Below are positions 9,448-23,064 of a DNA stretch of 64,000 nt, piece by piece. This DNA comes from an uncultured Mycoplasmatota bacterium (GTDB lineage: Bacteria > Bacillota_I > Bacilli_A > RF39 > UBA660): assembly GCA_900546715.1 (NCBI GenBank), contig UREA01000004.1, positions 7,395-71,394 of the forward strand, read 5' to 3'. Below the pieces are notes generated by a model. The model saw only the letters and a program-made list of their open reading frames with translations, was not told where the DNA came from and made no database searches. The position numbers and the translations under genes are program-made. Each line of letters begins with the position of its first letter. Position 1 is the stretch's first letter.

Positions 9448-11446
9448 TTTTTATGGCACCCTTTTGTTTCTTCATATCTTCAACCGCTTCATTCATGGCA
9501 TCTTCAATAGTTTTTATATCATCTTCAATTATACTATATCCAAATTCTGCTCCAAAGTCATATGGTAATTTCTTTATTTCTTTATTTAATTTATGAATAT
9601 AATTAGTTATTTGTTTTTGATTGTAACCTACTAAATAAATAACAAATTCATTACCATCAGTACGCATTATTTCACTATTATCAAGTTGAGTTTTAATTAA
9701 AACATTAGCACATGCTTTAATTTGTTTATCCCCTTCATTATAGCCATTTAAATCATTAATTTCTTGAATTTTATTTAAATCTACTACTATTATAGTTTGT
9801 GGATAAATTGTATTATTATTCCATGTTGCAATATTTTCGTTTAAATAATTTCTATTTTTTAAAGATGTTAATTGATCAATAAATTTCATTTTATCATCTT
9901 TTTTAATCTTTCTCGCAATCGAAATCTTTTTACTTTTACGAATAATTATTAGAACAATTATTATAGCTATAATAACTGCATATAAAATGTATTCAGCTAC
10001 TTTTGTAACAATTCCGCCACTTTGAACAGTTTCACTATGGTTATTAAGTCCTTCTAAAATCATTTCATCTTGATCTAAGAAACTTACATATTTATCAAGT
10101 AAATTATATAAAGCACTATCAGTTCTTACTTTAAAATTATATTCATCCCCAATATAATCACTATATCTTGCTGAATAGTTATCTAACTCATCTAAACTAT
10201 AATAATCAAAAGTATTTTTATCTATTACTAAAATTACATCTCTTTTATTTAATTTAAATAAATCTTTTGTTGTACTAAATGTTTCAACATTTATACCATT
10301 AATATTGCTAATATAATCATATATTTTAGAGTTTTCTTGTACATATACAGTTTCTCCAATTAAAGAATTAATTGATTTTATAACCATATTATTATCTTTT
10401 CGTAAAGCAACACTATATTCGATATTTATTCCATTTGTAGCATTAAAATTATCGGAATAATTATAATAGTTAAAATATAAATCGACATCACCATTTTCTA
10501 CAGCATTCATAAATCTATCATAATTACGGTATTTTTCAAAATTAAATTCTACTCCCGCAAAATCACTGAATTTACTTAAAACAACCGCAGCAATTCCGCC
10601 GTATTTTCCCCCCATAATAACTTCATAAGGAGATGCATTAACAAAACCATAATTATATTCAATACTTTGCATTGAATCTATTTCCGTTGCTGATATATTT
10701 AAAGAAGTTGTAAAAGTATTAAATAAAGCTTCGTTATATAATGTATCAATTTCTTCCCAATTATTATAAAACTTTCTTAAAATGCTACTTAAAGTATCAT
10801 CTGTAGTTTGCATTGTATAATATATTTTAATATCACTAAAATGGTATAAGATATTATAATTATTACTTAAAATAGTATCTAAATAATAAGTTAAAGGTAC
10901 TATAGCATAAGTTACATCAGTTCCTATGGCATTAAATAATTCTTCACTAGATTCATATTGGGTAAATGTAACATTTGTAGAATTTATATAAGTTGATACA
11001 TAACTTAAATCACTTGTTAAAATACCTATTGTTCTACCTATTAAATCATCAGTATCACTAATTATTTCATTATTAGTACCAATTAACGCGTAGTGATCTG
11101 TAAAAAATACTACATCATTATTTCCTACACTAGTTTTAGCACCTAATGTTATACCTGATGGATTAGTTCCATTTCTAAATGTTATAGGATTAATATTTAA
11201 GCCATATTCTTCTTCAAAATCCTCTATAAAGCCATAAAACACTCCACTACCATTTTTACCAAAAACATTAGCATCATCCAAAACATTAATATTTGGTACG
11301 GTATTAATATTTTCATTTATCCAATTGCGTTCGGCAACAGTTAATTTATTTTCATCATTTAAAAGAAAATATAAAAGGATTGCAATACCTATAACAACTA
11401 GTGCACTTACAACTATAACAATTATATTTCGTCTTTTTTTCATCAC
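9425..11446 (-). CDS. Membrane protein with large extracytoplasmic domain and C-terminal degenerate GGDEF domain (RTDGNEF)
   Basis: N-terminal TM, a ~450-aa external region, a second TM, then a GGDEF fold (LTSLKNRNYL ... RTDGNEF in place of RxGGDEF). Confidence 0.7.
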   Translation of the reverse strand: MMKKRRNIIVIVVSALVVIGIAILLYFLLNDENKLTVAERNWINENINTVPNINVLDDANVFGKNGSGVFYGFIEDFEEEYGLNINPITFRNGTNPSGITLGAKTSVGNNDVVFFTDHYALIGTNNEIISDTDDLIGRTIGILTSDLSYVSTYINSTNVTFTQYESSEELFNAIGTDVTYAIVPLTYYLDTILSNNYNILYHFSDIKIYYTMQTTDDTLSSILRKFYNNWEEIDTLYNEALFNTFTTSLNISATEIDSMQSIEYNYGFVNASPYEVIMGGKYGGIAAVVLSKFSDFAGVEFNFEKYRNYDRFMNAVENGDVDLYFNYYNYSDNFNATNGINIEYSVALRKDNNMVIKSINSLIGETVYVQENSKIYDYISNINGINVETFSTTKDLFKLNKRDVILVIDKNTFDYYSLDELDNYSARYSDYIGDEYNFKVRTDSALYNLLDKYVSFLDQDEMILEGLNNHSETVQSGGIVTKVAEYILYAVIIAIIIVLIIIRKSKKISIARKIKKDDKMKFIDQLTSLKNRNYLNENIATWNNNTIYPQTIIVVDLNKIQEINDLNGYNEGDKQIKACANVLIKTQLDNSEIMRTDGNEFVIYLVGYNQKQITNYIHKLNKEIKKLPYDFGAEFGYSIIEDDIKTIEDAMNEAVEDMKKQKGAIKNEKEVKK

Positions 11447-11943
11447 TCTTCTTCACTTTCTACTGGTGTGTTATTATTCCAAACAACACCTGAACCAGCA
11501 ACATTTCTAGCCCCCATTATGGTAAATCCTTCACTATTTTCTGTTGCTGCACATTCTAGTGTAAAGTTAATATCATAATAAGATAAAATATCTTCACTAA
11601 ATAAATCTATTGATGCGGCAGCCTTACTTTCCGCATCTACTAAAGGTGTATCACCAGCAAAAGTAATAGCTACATAAATAACTCTACCTTGGGTATGAAT
11701 TGTTACATCTTCTACAGTTTCATCTTCAGCAAAACTAGCTACATATTCATCCATAAATTCTTCAGTCACCGGATAATTTTCGATTCCCTCTAATCTATCG
11801 CCATAAACTGATTCACTACCTCCGAAGAAAAAGGATACAGCAACCACAATTATAGCAATTAGACATATTACTAGAATTATTCCTAGTACTATTAACACCT
11901 TATTCTTCCCCCATAATTCTTTTAGTTTATTCAAATTATTCAC
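11443..11943 (-). CDS. Membrane-anchored hypothetical protein
   Basis: 166 aa, one N-terminal TM and an acidic C-terminus. Translationally coupled to the downstream GGDEF gene. Confidence 0.45.
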   Translation of the reverse strand: MNNLNKLKELWGKNKVLIVLGIILVICLIAIIVVAVSFFFGGSESVYGDRLEGIENYPVTEEFMDEYVASFAEDETVEDVTIHTQGRVIYVAITFAGDTPLVDAESKAAASIDLFSEDILSYYDINFTLECAATENSEGFTIMGARNVAGSGVVWNNNTPVESEEE

Positions 11944-11982
11944 CTCTTTAAGTAATATAATTATACTACATATTTAGAAATA

Positions 11983-14872
<2,890 letters not shown>

Positions 14873-16963
14873 CTAAATCCTCCTTAATCCTTGATAATTA
14901 CTTAACATTTTTTTAATTCCAAACCTTTTATCAAAAGCAATTGTCACAAATCTCTCATCAGCATCAATTACAACACCTTTACCATATGTATCATGCATTA
15001 CTATATCACCATGATTATATACTGTATTTTCTGTCTTGTAATATCTTTCCTTATTAAATTCTTTTACTCCACTTATATTATTTACTTTTTCATCTTTTTC
15101 AATTAAATCTCGATCAATTTCATTAATAAATCTACTTGGTGGATTAAAACTAACATTTCCATAAAGCATCCTTCTTTTAGCATTAGTTATGTATAATCTC
15201 TCTTTTGCTCTAGTTATTGCTACATAACATAGTCTTCGCTCTTCATCCATTTCTTCTTTACTATTACTTGAATTAGCATGTGGCATTATTCCTTCTTCCA
15301 TACCCGCTAGAAATACTACTTTAAATTCTAATCCCTTAGCAGAATGCATAGTCATTAAAGTTATAGCATTACCATCTTCTATATGTTCTTTAGCATCCGC
15401 AACTAAACTTATATCTTCCAAGAAATCTTCCAAATTAACTGAACCTGTTTCTTTTTGATAACTCTCGGTAATACTTCTAAATTCTTTTAGGTTTTCTAAG
15501 CGGAGTTCCGCTTCTAAAGTTTTATCTTTTTCCAGTTCCGCTTGCATACCTGATAACTCTAAAACTTTGTCAATAAGTTCTGTTAAATCTACATTTTTAG
15601 CAATTTCTTGTAAATTTAAAATTAAATTTTTAAACTCTAATTCTTTTGGCTTTTCTAATGCTTCAAACATACTAGTATTATTTGCTATGGCCCTTTGTTC
15701 TAATTCTTCAATTGATTTATTTCCAATCCCTCTTTTAGGGACATTTATAACTCTAGAAAGAGATACATCATCATGTGTATTTGATATTAATCTTAAATAA
15801 CTAATTAAATCTTTAACTTCCCTTCTTTTATAGAAATAATAACTACCCACAACTTTATAAGGATAATTCTTACTTAAAATACCTTCTTCTAGTATTCTTG
15901 ATTGGGCATTAGTCCGGTAAAGTATAGCAATATCTTTATAATCATATCCATCATCAAGTAACTTCTTTATCTCATCAAGTATTGTTTTAATTTCATCTGC
16001 TTCATCATTACATCTCGTATATTTTATTTTAACACCTAAGCCAAAATCACTATGAAGCTCAACTCCCTTACCTTCATTATTATTCTTAATAACTGAATTT
16101 GCGGCCTTTAAAATATTATTAGTGCTTCGATAATTTTGATATAAAGTAATTACTTCAACCTCTGGATAATCACTTTCAAAATTCATAATATTTTTATAAT
16201 TTGACCACCGAAATCCATAAATTGATTGACAAGGATCACCCACAACAAAAATATTACGATACTTCTCTGCCAGTTTTTTAACTAACTTATATTGCACTTC
16301 ATTAGTATCTTGATATTCATCAATTAAAATATAACGATACTTCTCTTGATAATAATCAAGTATTTCTTCATGAGTATAAAATAGCTCTACTGGGTTCTTT
16401 AACAAATCATCAAAATCAACAGCATTATTTCTTCTTAAAACTTTTTGATATTCAAAATATATTTTTAGTGCCACTTTTTCTGGTGGAGATGCTAAATATT
16501 TTTCTGCTTCACTATCACTAAGCATTTCATTTTTAATAAAACTTATTTTATTTTTTATAAAACCAGGACTATATTCTTTAGGATCATATCCTAAATCTTT
16601 AAGTAGTTTTTTTATTATACTAGTAGCATCATCACTATCAATAATTGTAAAGTTATGAGTTAGTCCCAAAGCTTCATAATTTTCCTTAATTATTCTTAAA
16701 CCAAATGAATGAAATGTTCCAACAAAAGCTCTGTTTTCTCCCACAACATTGTTGATTCTTTCCCGCATTTCCTTCGCGGCTTTATTAGTAAAAGTTATCG
16801 CTAAAATATTTCTTGAATCAATTCCACTGGCAATCAAATTAGCAATACGCATAGTAAGTACTTTTGTCTTACCAGAACCCGCTCCCGCTAACACTAGACA
16901 AGGACCATCAATGTGTTCTACTGCCTTAACTTGTTCTTTATTTAGTCCATCTAATATATTCAT
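14873..16963 (-). CDS. pcrA: ATP-dependent DNA helicase PcrA (UvrD family)
   Basis: Walker A AGAGSGKT, DEYQDTN motif, 696 aa. Conserved pcrA-ligA order. Confidence 0.95.
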   Translation of the reverse strand: MNILDGLNKEQVKAVEHIDGPCLVLAGAGSGKTKVLTMRIANLIASGIDSRNILAITFTNKAAKEMRERINNVVGENRAFVGTFHSFGLRIIKENYEALGLTHNFTIIDSDDATSIIKKLLKDLGYDPKEYSPGFIKNKISFIKNEMLSDSEAEKYLASPPEKVALKIYFEYQKVLRRNNAVDFDDLLKNPVELFYTHEEILDYYQEKYRYILIDEYQDTNEVQYKLVKKLAEKYRNIFVVGDPCQSIYGFRWSNYKNIMNFESDYPEVEVITLYQNYRSTNNILKAANSVIKNNNEGKGVELHSDFGLGVKIKYTRCNDEADEIKTILDEIKKLLDDGYDYKDIAILYRTNAQSRILEEGILSKNYPYKVVGSYYFYKRREVKDLISYLRLISNTHDDVSLSRVINVPKRGIGNKSIEELEQRAIANNTSMFEALEKPKELEFKNLILNLQEIAKNVDLTELIDKVLELSGMQAELEKDKTLEAELRLENLKEFRSITESYQKETGSVNLEDFLEDISLVADAKEHIEDGNAITLMTMHSAKGLEFKVVFLAGMEEGIMPHANSSNSKEEMDEERRLCYVAITRAKERLYITNAKRRMLYGNVSFNPPSRFINEIDRDLIEKDEKVNNISGVKEFNKERYYKTENTVYNHGDIVMHDTYGKGVVIDADERFVTIAFDKRFGIKKMLSNYQGLRRI

Positions 16964-17045
16964 ATATCCTCCATAACTACTACATATAATTATATCAAAA
17001 ATAAGTGCATTAAAAAAGAGAAAGTTCCAATATACAATTGAAACT

Positions 17046-18104
17046 TCACTTAATATCTTTAGGAAATACTTTCATTGCTGCACTTACTATTTCTAAAATT
17101 AATTTATCTAATTTTTGCATATCAAACTCTGATACTTCATACCACTTTGGTTTATTCATTTTCTTATTTAAATAACGATTTTGTAATTTGAAAATATAAA
17201 TATATGGTAATACTTCATAAAAATAATTAGAATCATTAATATTTGTCTTTTCCAAATGCATTTTAAAACCTAATATTTTTGCTAGTAATTTATTTCCTAA
17301 ATCGGTTCTTTTAACAAATCGATCACTTATAAAAATCATAATAAAAATACACACTAAACCTATTAAGTAAAATAACAAGTAATTGCCATTTAACATAGGA
17401 ATAAACATATAAATCGGAAAAGCTCCCATGATTAAAGCAAAAACACAACCAAATATTATAGCACTTAACCTCCGAGCCTTAATGCTACCAGTATTTACAT
17501 CTATAGGTTGTCGAGAAGTTATAGTATAAAACAAAACTGTAAAACCAATACTTGGAAATAATAAACAAATAATCAATGAAGAAATATCACCATAATTCGA
17601 AATAGGAATATAAGTAATTATAAAATATGTAGCAATAATCATTAAAACAATTAACCAAAATACCCAAGATGGAGTTTTACAAAATATTTTTTCATCAAAT
17701 TCTTTATATTTCATTTTACTTGACATTCTAGATAAAATAACTAGAGTATTATGATAACTAATAACATCTAAATTAGCAAATAAGTTATCCATAAATGCTT
17801 TTTCATTATAATCATCACCATTATAATCCTTTAGCTTTACTACCTCTAATTCGCTTACACTATTAAATAATGTAGTTGTTTGTTTTTCAACAATTTTTAT
17901 ATATCCTTTGCTACAAAGCTCAATTAGCATTAATCCCAAGGCATCACCACATAGCTTTTTTCTGAACACATACATTGCATCCGATATATTAATATTTGGT
18001 GGATACATTTCTTCTTTTATATCTGTTTTTTTATTTTTGCCATAAATAATCCATAAAATTAGTGTTATAATCAAAGATATTAGAGGAACAATAATCATTA
18101 CCAT
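17046..18104 (-). CDS. N-terminally truncated DUF2207-family paralogue (TM plus cytoplasmic portion only)
   Basis: Aligns with the post-TM half of the two upstream DUF2207 proteins (EEMYPPNINISDAMYVF.. vs NPPDNLSSLEIAFLYKG..). It lacks the N-terminal ectodomain and the Gly tail. Confidence 0.55.
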   Translation of the reverse strand: MVMIIVPLISLIITLILWIIYGKNKKTDIKEEMYPPNINISDAMYVFRKKLCGDALGLMLIELCSKGYIKIVEKQTTTLFNSVSELEVVKLKDYNGDDYNEKAFMDNLFANLDVISYHNTLVILSRMSSKMKYKEFDEKIFCKTPSWVFWLIVLMIIATYFIITYIPISNYGDISSLIICLLFPSIGFTVLFYTITSRQPIDVNTGSIKARRLSAIIFGCVFALIMGAFPIYMFIPMLNGNYLLFYLIGLVCIFIMIFISDRFVKRTDLGNKLLAKILGFKMHLEKTNINDSNYFYEVLPYIYIFKLQNRYLNKKMNKPKWYEVSEFDMQKLDKLILEIVSAAMKVFPKDIK

Positions 18105-19948
18105 GAACCTCCACCTCCCCCACCAGAGCCACCGCCAGTTATACCTCCTCCAGATGAAGAAGATGATGATGAATCATAAGTTACACTTGAGGCAACACTT
18201 GATGTTGTTGTACTTATATAATTATTAAATGTTATTATATCAAAAGCACCACTACCACTATACCAAGATGGTGCAGATAAAGCAATACTTTCAAAATTCT
18301 TAAACCATTTATCAGATACACCTAAAACATAAGTATAAGGTAAGATATCATAAAAATATTCGGGATTTTTATCAACCAAAGCTTCCAACTGCTCTTTTTC
18401 AGCTGTTTCTAAAAATTTTTTAAAACCTAATATTCTACCATAAATTTTATTGCCAAAATCAGTTCTAAAATTAAAAGAAAAAGCCCAATAAATTATAATA
18501 ACTGAACATATCACTGATATTATTGATGACATTATTGATAAAGTACCATACATATATTGATAATTAGTTGCTACAAAAAACATTATAGCAAAAGCAACAA
18601 TAAATATTGAAATAACAATTTTAGTAGCTACTGTATATTTAGTTTTAAGTACTAAAACAATTACTATTGCTAAAAATAATATAGTTATAATATTACCTAT
18701 TAGAGCTTCTGATGAATAGTAATTAATAAAAATTAATATGTTTGTTATACTAATAGATAAAAAAGCACATAAAATATATAAAAATTTATATGTTTTATTA
18801 GAACTTAAAAATAATTGTTGTTTATTTGTTGGAGAATTCATTTTATTTTTTATATCATATACCGCAGTGTATAATTCATCTGCTATATCTTCCACCATAA
18901 TTTTATTGCCATTTTTAAATAAGGATTCCATAAATAAATACTCTTCATGTTTATTACCGTCATAATCTTTTAATTTTATTATTTGAGTTGTAGTATAATC
19001 AGTATTTAAACTTTTAGTTGTTACCTCTTCTATTTTTAAATACTTTTTATCAGCAAGATAAACTAATAAAGAAATTACATCTTTATTTGTTACACTACCT
19101 TTATATAAAAAAGCTATTTCTAAACTATTATAATCATCTGGAGGATAAAATTCTATAGTATCAACTATTCTTACACTTCTCTTTTTTATATATAAAATTA
19201 ATCCCGCAATTATTACACTAATAATAGGTATAATTATTGCTATAAAATTATTTATACCATAATTAGATTTAGCTTCACTAAAGTACCCTTCAGGAAGTTC
19301 TAGTCTAACAGTTAAGGCATCACCTTCATATAACGGTGTATTTAATGATCCCCTTATAGTATTTCCAGATACTTCATAACTCACACTATTTGTTGAAAAA
19401 CTTTCAGGTCCATTAGAAAACCCTAATAAACTTTCATCAAATTCTTCTGGCATATTAATAGTAAATGTAACATTTGTAATAACAGTTTCCCATTCTGGTC
19501 CAATTATATTAAAATAAAATTCATCTTTGTCTTTTAAAGAATCCTTACCAACATTATAATTATATTTAATAACATATTCTTGATAACCCGTTACTAAATT
19601 ATTAGCATCTCCTAAACGAATAACCAAATTACCATCAGATTTTGATTGTGTGCTAAAAACATTAGTATAAACATTTGAAACATTAACATAATTATTCGTT
19701 GTTGTTCCATCTAATCTACTAACACGATTTCTAAGTGGAATACTTCTATATATTCCATGTCTTGCTTGATTAAAATATACTCTTATTTCTTCTGTTATAT
19801 CAAATGAATTATCTTTATTAACATCAATAACTACATTATAATCATCAATATAATAATCATAATTATCATATAACCCTTTCGCATTAGTTAAACTGATAAA
19901 GCTAACAAATAACATAACTAATAAATATTTTATTTTTCGCATTACCAT
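18098..19948 (-). CDS. DUF2207-family membrane protein with C-terminal Gly-rich tail
   Basis: Signal peptide, ~220-aa ectodomain, multi-TM region and a ...SSGGGITGGGSGGGGGGSW tail. Paralogue of the neighbouring gene; lemA-adjacent. Confidence 0.7.
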   Translation of the reverse strand: MVMRKIKYLLVMLFVSFISLTNAKGLYDNYDYYIDDYNVVIDVNKDNSFDITEEIRVYFNQARHGIYRSIPLRNRVSRLDGTTTNNYVNVSNVYTNVFSTQSKSDGNLVIRLGDANNLVTGYQEYVIKYNYNVGKDSLKDKDEFYFNIIGPEWETVITNVTFTINMPEEFDESLLGFSNGPESFSTNSVSYEVSGNTIRGSLNTPLYEGDALTVRLELPEGYFSEAKSNYGINNFIAIIIPIISVIIAGLILYIKKRSVRIVDTIEFYPPDDYNSLEIAFLYKGSVTNKDVISLLVYLADKKYLKIEEVTTKSLNTDYTTTQIIKLKDYDGNKHEEYLFMESLFKNGNKIMVEDIADELYTAVYDIKNKMNSPTNKQQLFLSSNKTYKFLYILCAFLSISITNILIFINYYSSEALIGNIITILFLAIVIVLVLKTKYTVATKIVISIFIVAFAIMFFVATNYQYMYGTLSIMSSIISVICSVIIIYWAFSFNFRTDFGNKIYGRILGFKKFLETAEKEQLEALVDKNPEYFYDILPYTYVLGVSDKWFKNFESIALSAPSWYSGSGAFDIITFNNYISTTTSSVASSVTYDSSSSSSSGGGITGGGSGGGGGGSW

Positions 19949-21813
19949 GCACCTCCTCCGCCACCACCGGAGCCGCCACCAGAAAAACCTCCACCAGAAG
20001 ATCCTCCAAATGATGAACCATCAAAGAAATCATTATTATCATTACTAGAAGATGGACCACCATGCATAACCATTGTTCTAAGCATCTTCGGTGGTCTACT
20101 CAAATCATTTATCGTACTATTAATACTTTGATTAAAGAATGCTATATTAAATCCTTCATGACTTTCAAACCAATAAGTAGGTTCTAATATAATATGTTCA
20201 AATCTTTTAATCCATATATCAGATATTCCTAAAACATAAGCATAAGGCAAAATATCATAATAATAATTTGGATGTTCTAATACAATTTTTTCTAATTCGC
20301 TTACTTCCACTAGTGAGATATACTTTTTAAAACCTAATATTTTTCCATACATCTCTTTACCATAACTTGTTCTACTTAAAAAATCTTTATTCAAAAGTAA
20401 AATAACAATCATACAAATAAAGCTTACTACCATATTAATAATAAATACTTGCCTTGATACAACAAAATCTTTTAATGAAAACCAAATAATAAATACTGCA
20501 AATCCAAATATAAATAAAATATCTAAAAACTTTAAAAAGTCACTCTTAATATGCTTTGCGGCATAATATAAAGGTATTAAAACTACCAAAGACATACAAA
20601 AGGCAATCAACATTAATATCGGTGTTGGATGAAAATCTTTAATTTGCAAATATACGGCACTAAGTACACATAAAACTGCCATTAAACCAAAAATTCCTTT
20701 GTAAAAACTATTATCTTCTTTTATAATTCTAGCTCTATTTTCTTTAGTATTAGTAATTGTTTTAATAATACTTGTTGTTTTATAAAAAGAATATTTTAAA
20801 TCTTCAATATCTACTCTATCACCATAAATAAATAATCCTCGCATGAATTCCTTAATTGCATTATCATCTTTATCATATTCTCTTAATTTAACAACGCTCA
20901 AAGTATTTTCCTCTTCTATTAATTTAATGTATTTTTCATTAGCTAAATATATAAGAAGTGATATTATATCTTTATCATTAACTTCCCCTTTATATAAAAA
21001 TGCTATCTCTAAACTAGATAAATTATCTGGGGGATTAAGTTCTACTGGTTTAACTAAATGTCGTAAAACTAAAAAATAATATAATAATAAAGCTAATACT
21101 ACAAGTATTATTGGAATAACAAAACTTAAAATCGTATTAGTATTATAAATATTAGTAGCTTCACTAAAATACCCCTCTGGTAAACTAAGTCTCACAGTTA
21201 AACCTTCAAAAGCACTTAATGCTTCTGTTGTATAACCACTAATTACATTCCCATTTACATTATATATAACTTTATTAGTTGTACTTCCATAGCTACCTGT
21301 AGAAAACCCTAATAAACTTGCATCGAATTCTTCTGGCATAGTTATAGTAAAATTAACTTTATTAATTGTTGTATCCCATTTTGTTCCAATAATATTATAA
21401 TAAAATTCATCTATATCTTTTAAAGGATCTTTTCCAATATTATAATTATATTCTATTACATAGTTTTTAGCCCCTCTTACATAAGTATTAGCATCCCCAA
21501 TAACAAGTTGATAATAACCATCACTAATCTTAGTAGTATATTTTTCATTTACTTCTACATTACTTATTAAAACATTATTTCTAGAACTTGTTCCATCTGT
21601 TCTAATAACTTCATTATGCATTGGAATATAGCGATATATCCCATGTTTATCAGTATTAAAAAATACTGCAATTTCTTCTCTTATATTATAAGAATTATTT
21701 TTTAAAACATCAATTTCTACATTATACTCATCAATATAATAATCTAAGGCATTAACATTTTTTACTCCTAATACACATATTAACAAACAAAATAAAATCC
21801 ACTTTATCTTCAT
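19942..21813 (-). CDS. DUF2207-family membrane protein with C-terminal Gly-rich tail
   Basis: Same architecture as 18098..19948 (..GGSSGGGFSGGGSGGGGGGAW). Start overlaps the lemA stop. Confidence 0.7.
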   Translation of the reverse strand: MKIKWILFCLLICVLGVKNVNALDYYIDEYNVEIDVLKNNSYNIREEIAVFFNTDKHGIYRYIPMHNEVIRTDGTSSRNNVLISNVEVNEKYTTKISDGYYQLVIGDANTYVRGAKNYVIEYNYNIGKDPLKDIDEFYYNIIGTKWDTTINKVNFTITMPEEFDASLLGFSTGSYGSTTNKVIYNVNGNVISGYTTEALSAFEGLTVRLSLPEGYFSEATNIYNTNTILSFVIPIILVVLALLLYYFLVLRHLVKPVELNPPDNLSSLEIAFLYKGEVNDKDIISLLIYLANEKYIKLIEEENTLSVVKLREYDKDDNAIKEFMRGLFIYGDRVDIEDLKYSFYKTTSIIKTITNTKENRARIIKEDNSFYKGIFGLMAVLCVLSAVYLQIKDFHPTPILMLIAFCMSLVVLIPLYYAAKHIKSDFLKFLDILFIFGFAVFIIWFSLKDFVVSRQVFIINMVVSFICMIVILLLNKDFLSRTSYGKEMYGKILGFKKYISLVEVSELEKIVLEHPNYYYDILPYAYVLGISDIWIKRFEHIILEPTYWFESHEGFNIAFFNQSINSTINDLSRPPKMLRTMVMHGGPSSSNDNNDFFDGSSFGGSSGGGFSGGGSGGGGGGAW

Positions 21814-22352
21814 AGTTTTACATCCACATTTTCTCTCTCTTCGGCTTCCGCTTCAAACATATTTTTTTGTTTGTAACCAAATATTTTAGCCACAATATTA
21901 CTAGGTATCATTTCAACTTTATTATTATACATTCTAACAACAGCATTATAATATCTTCTAGATTTTGCTATCTCATCTTCTACATCACTAAGTTTAGTAC
22001 TTAAATTTAAAAAGTTCTTATCAGCTTTAAGCTCCGGATAGCTTTCTGCTAAAGCCATAATTTTCGTAATACCACTACTTACTTGTTCATTAGTATCCAA
22101 CTTTTCTTTATCTGATAAACTATCATAACTACTTCTTAAATGTATAACTTCTGTAAGTGTATCTTTTTCATGTTTAGCATAACCCTTAACAGTTTCTACT
22201 AAATTAGGTATTAAATCCCATCTTTTCTTTAAAGAAACATCCATTGTTGAAAATGCTTCATCAACATCATTACTAAGTTTAATTAAACTATTCCAAGTAA
22301 TTAAAATATAAATTATTATTAAAACAATTATTCCACCAATAACAAAAAACAT
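21810..22352 (-). CDS. lemA: LemA family protein
   Basis: N-terminal TM plus LemA pattern ..WNSLIKLSNDVDEAFSTMDVSLKKRWDLIPNLVETVKGYAKHE..; 180 aa. Confidence 0.8.
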   Translation of the reverse strand: MFFVIGGIIVLIIIYILITWNSLIKLSNDVDEAFSTMDVSLKKRWDLIPNLVETVKGYAKHEKDTLTEVIHLRSSYDSLSDKEKLDTNEQVSSGITKIMALAESYPELKADKNFLNLSTKLSDVEDEIAKSRRYYNAVVRMYNNKVEMIPSNIVAKIFGYKQKNMFEAEAEERENVDVKL

Positions 22353-22483
22353 ATTACTACTCCTTATCTATTTTAATTATAAAATAAATTTAGAGTATCC
22401 GTCAATAACAATTACTTTAGTATACACTTATTTTTAGATTATTCATAAATTTTAATTGAAAGTACTTGTAAGGGTGAAAGTTT

Positions 22484-22930
22484 ATGAATAATCAAAATTC
22501 AAACAGCAATGGAAATTGCATTAATGAAATATTATGTGTAATTTTAGTACTACAAGAAAATGCATGTCCAGATAACTGTTTACAAACTTGTGATAGACCA
22601 GTACTCGGCGGAGGAACTAATTGTATAGTATGTAACACTAGACCAGTAATGCTTTATACTTGCTGCGGAAATGGCGTTCCATGGAGTATGCCAATAACTA
22701 AAGATTCAACAATAAGTTGTGCAGGATCTGATATTAGTACTACTTGCTCAAATGTCTTTAGAGTAGAAAAGATTGAAGGAAATTGTTGTACATTTAGAGT
22801 TCTTGCTGAAAATACAGATACTACTAGTTTATTTCCATATGTAGCTACTAATGTCTTCTTCACAATGGATTGTAGTTGTTTGTGCAGTATAAGATGTCTA
22901 TCTGATACATTTGTAGATTGTGTTTGTTAA
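22484..22930 (+). CDS. Cysteine-rich spore coat/exosporium protein, CotY/CotZ/ExsY family
   Basis: 148 aa with 23 Cys. VFRVEKIEGNCCTFRVL and C-terminal CSCLCSIRCL resemble CotZ FFRVERVHGSCATLSLL / CFCAINCL. Confidence 0.65.
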   Translation: MNNQNSNSNGNCINEILCVILVLQENACPDNCLQTCDRPVLGGGTNCIVCNTRPVMLYTCCGNGVPWSMPITKDSTISCAGSDISTTCSNVFRVEKIEGNCCTFRVLAENTDTTSLFPYVATNVFFTMDCSCLCSIRCLSDTFVDCVC

Positions 22931-22933
22931 ATA

Positions 22934-22962
22934 AAGCCTCAACTTGAGGTTTTTATTTTGCT
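22934..22962 (+). terminator. Rho-independent terminator after the CotZ-like gene
   Basis: aaaGCCTCAActTTGAGGtttttatttt. Confidence 0.7.
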
Positions 22963-22987
22963 AGAAAATATATTTAAAAAATAGTTA

Positions 22988-23032
22988 ACAAAAAACCACC
23001 TTACATCCCTTCGGACTTAGAGTGGTCTAAAC
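22988..23032 (-). terminator. Putative rny terminator
   Basis: Imperfect GC hairpin (accacc...ggtggt) followed on the minus strand by TTTTTTGTT. Confidence 0.35.
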
Positions 23033-23064
23033 ATATGTTATACAACATAAATAGTACTTATTTT

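Noticed and set aside
22654-22863. 69-aa minus-strand ORF inside the CotZ-like gene
   Set aside because: It is fully embedded antisense to a well-supported Cys-rich coding region, with no start context.
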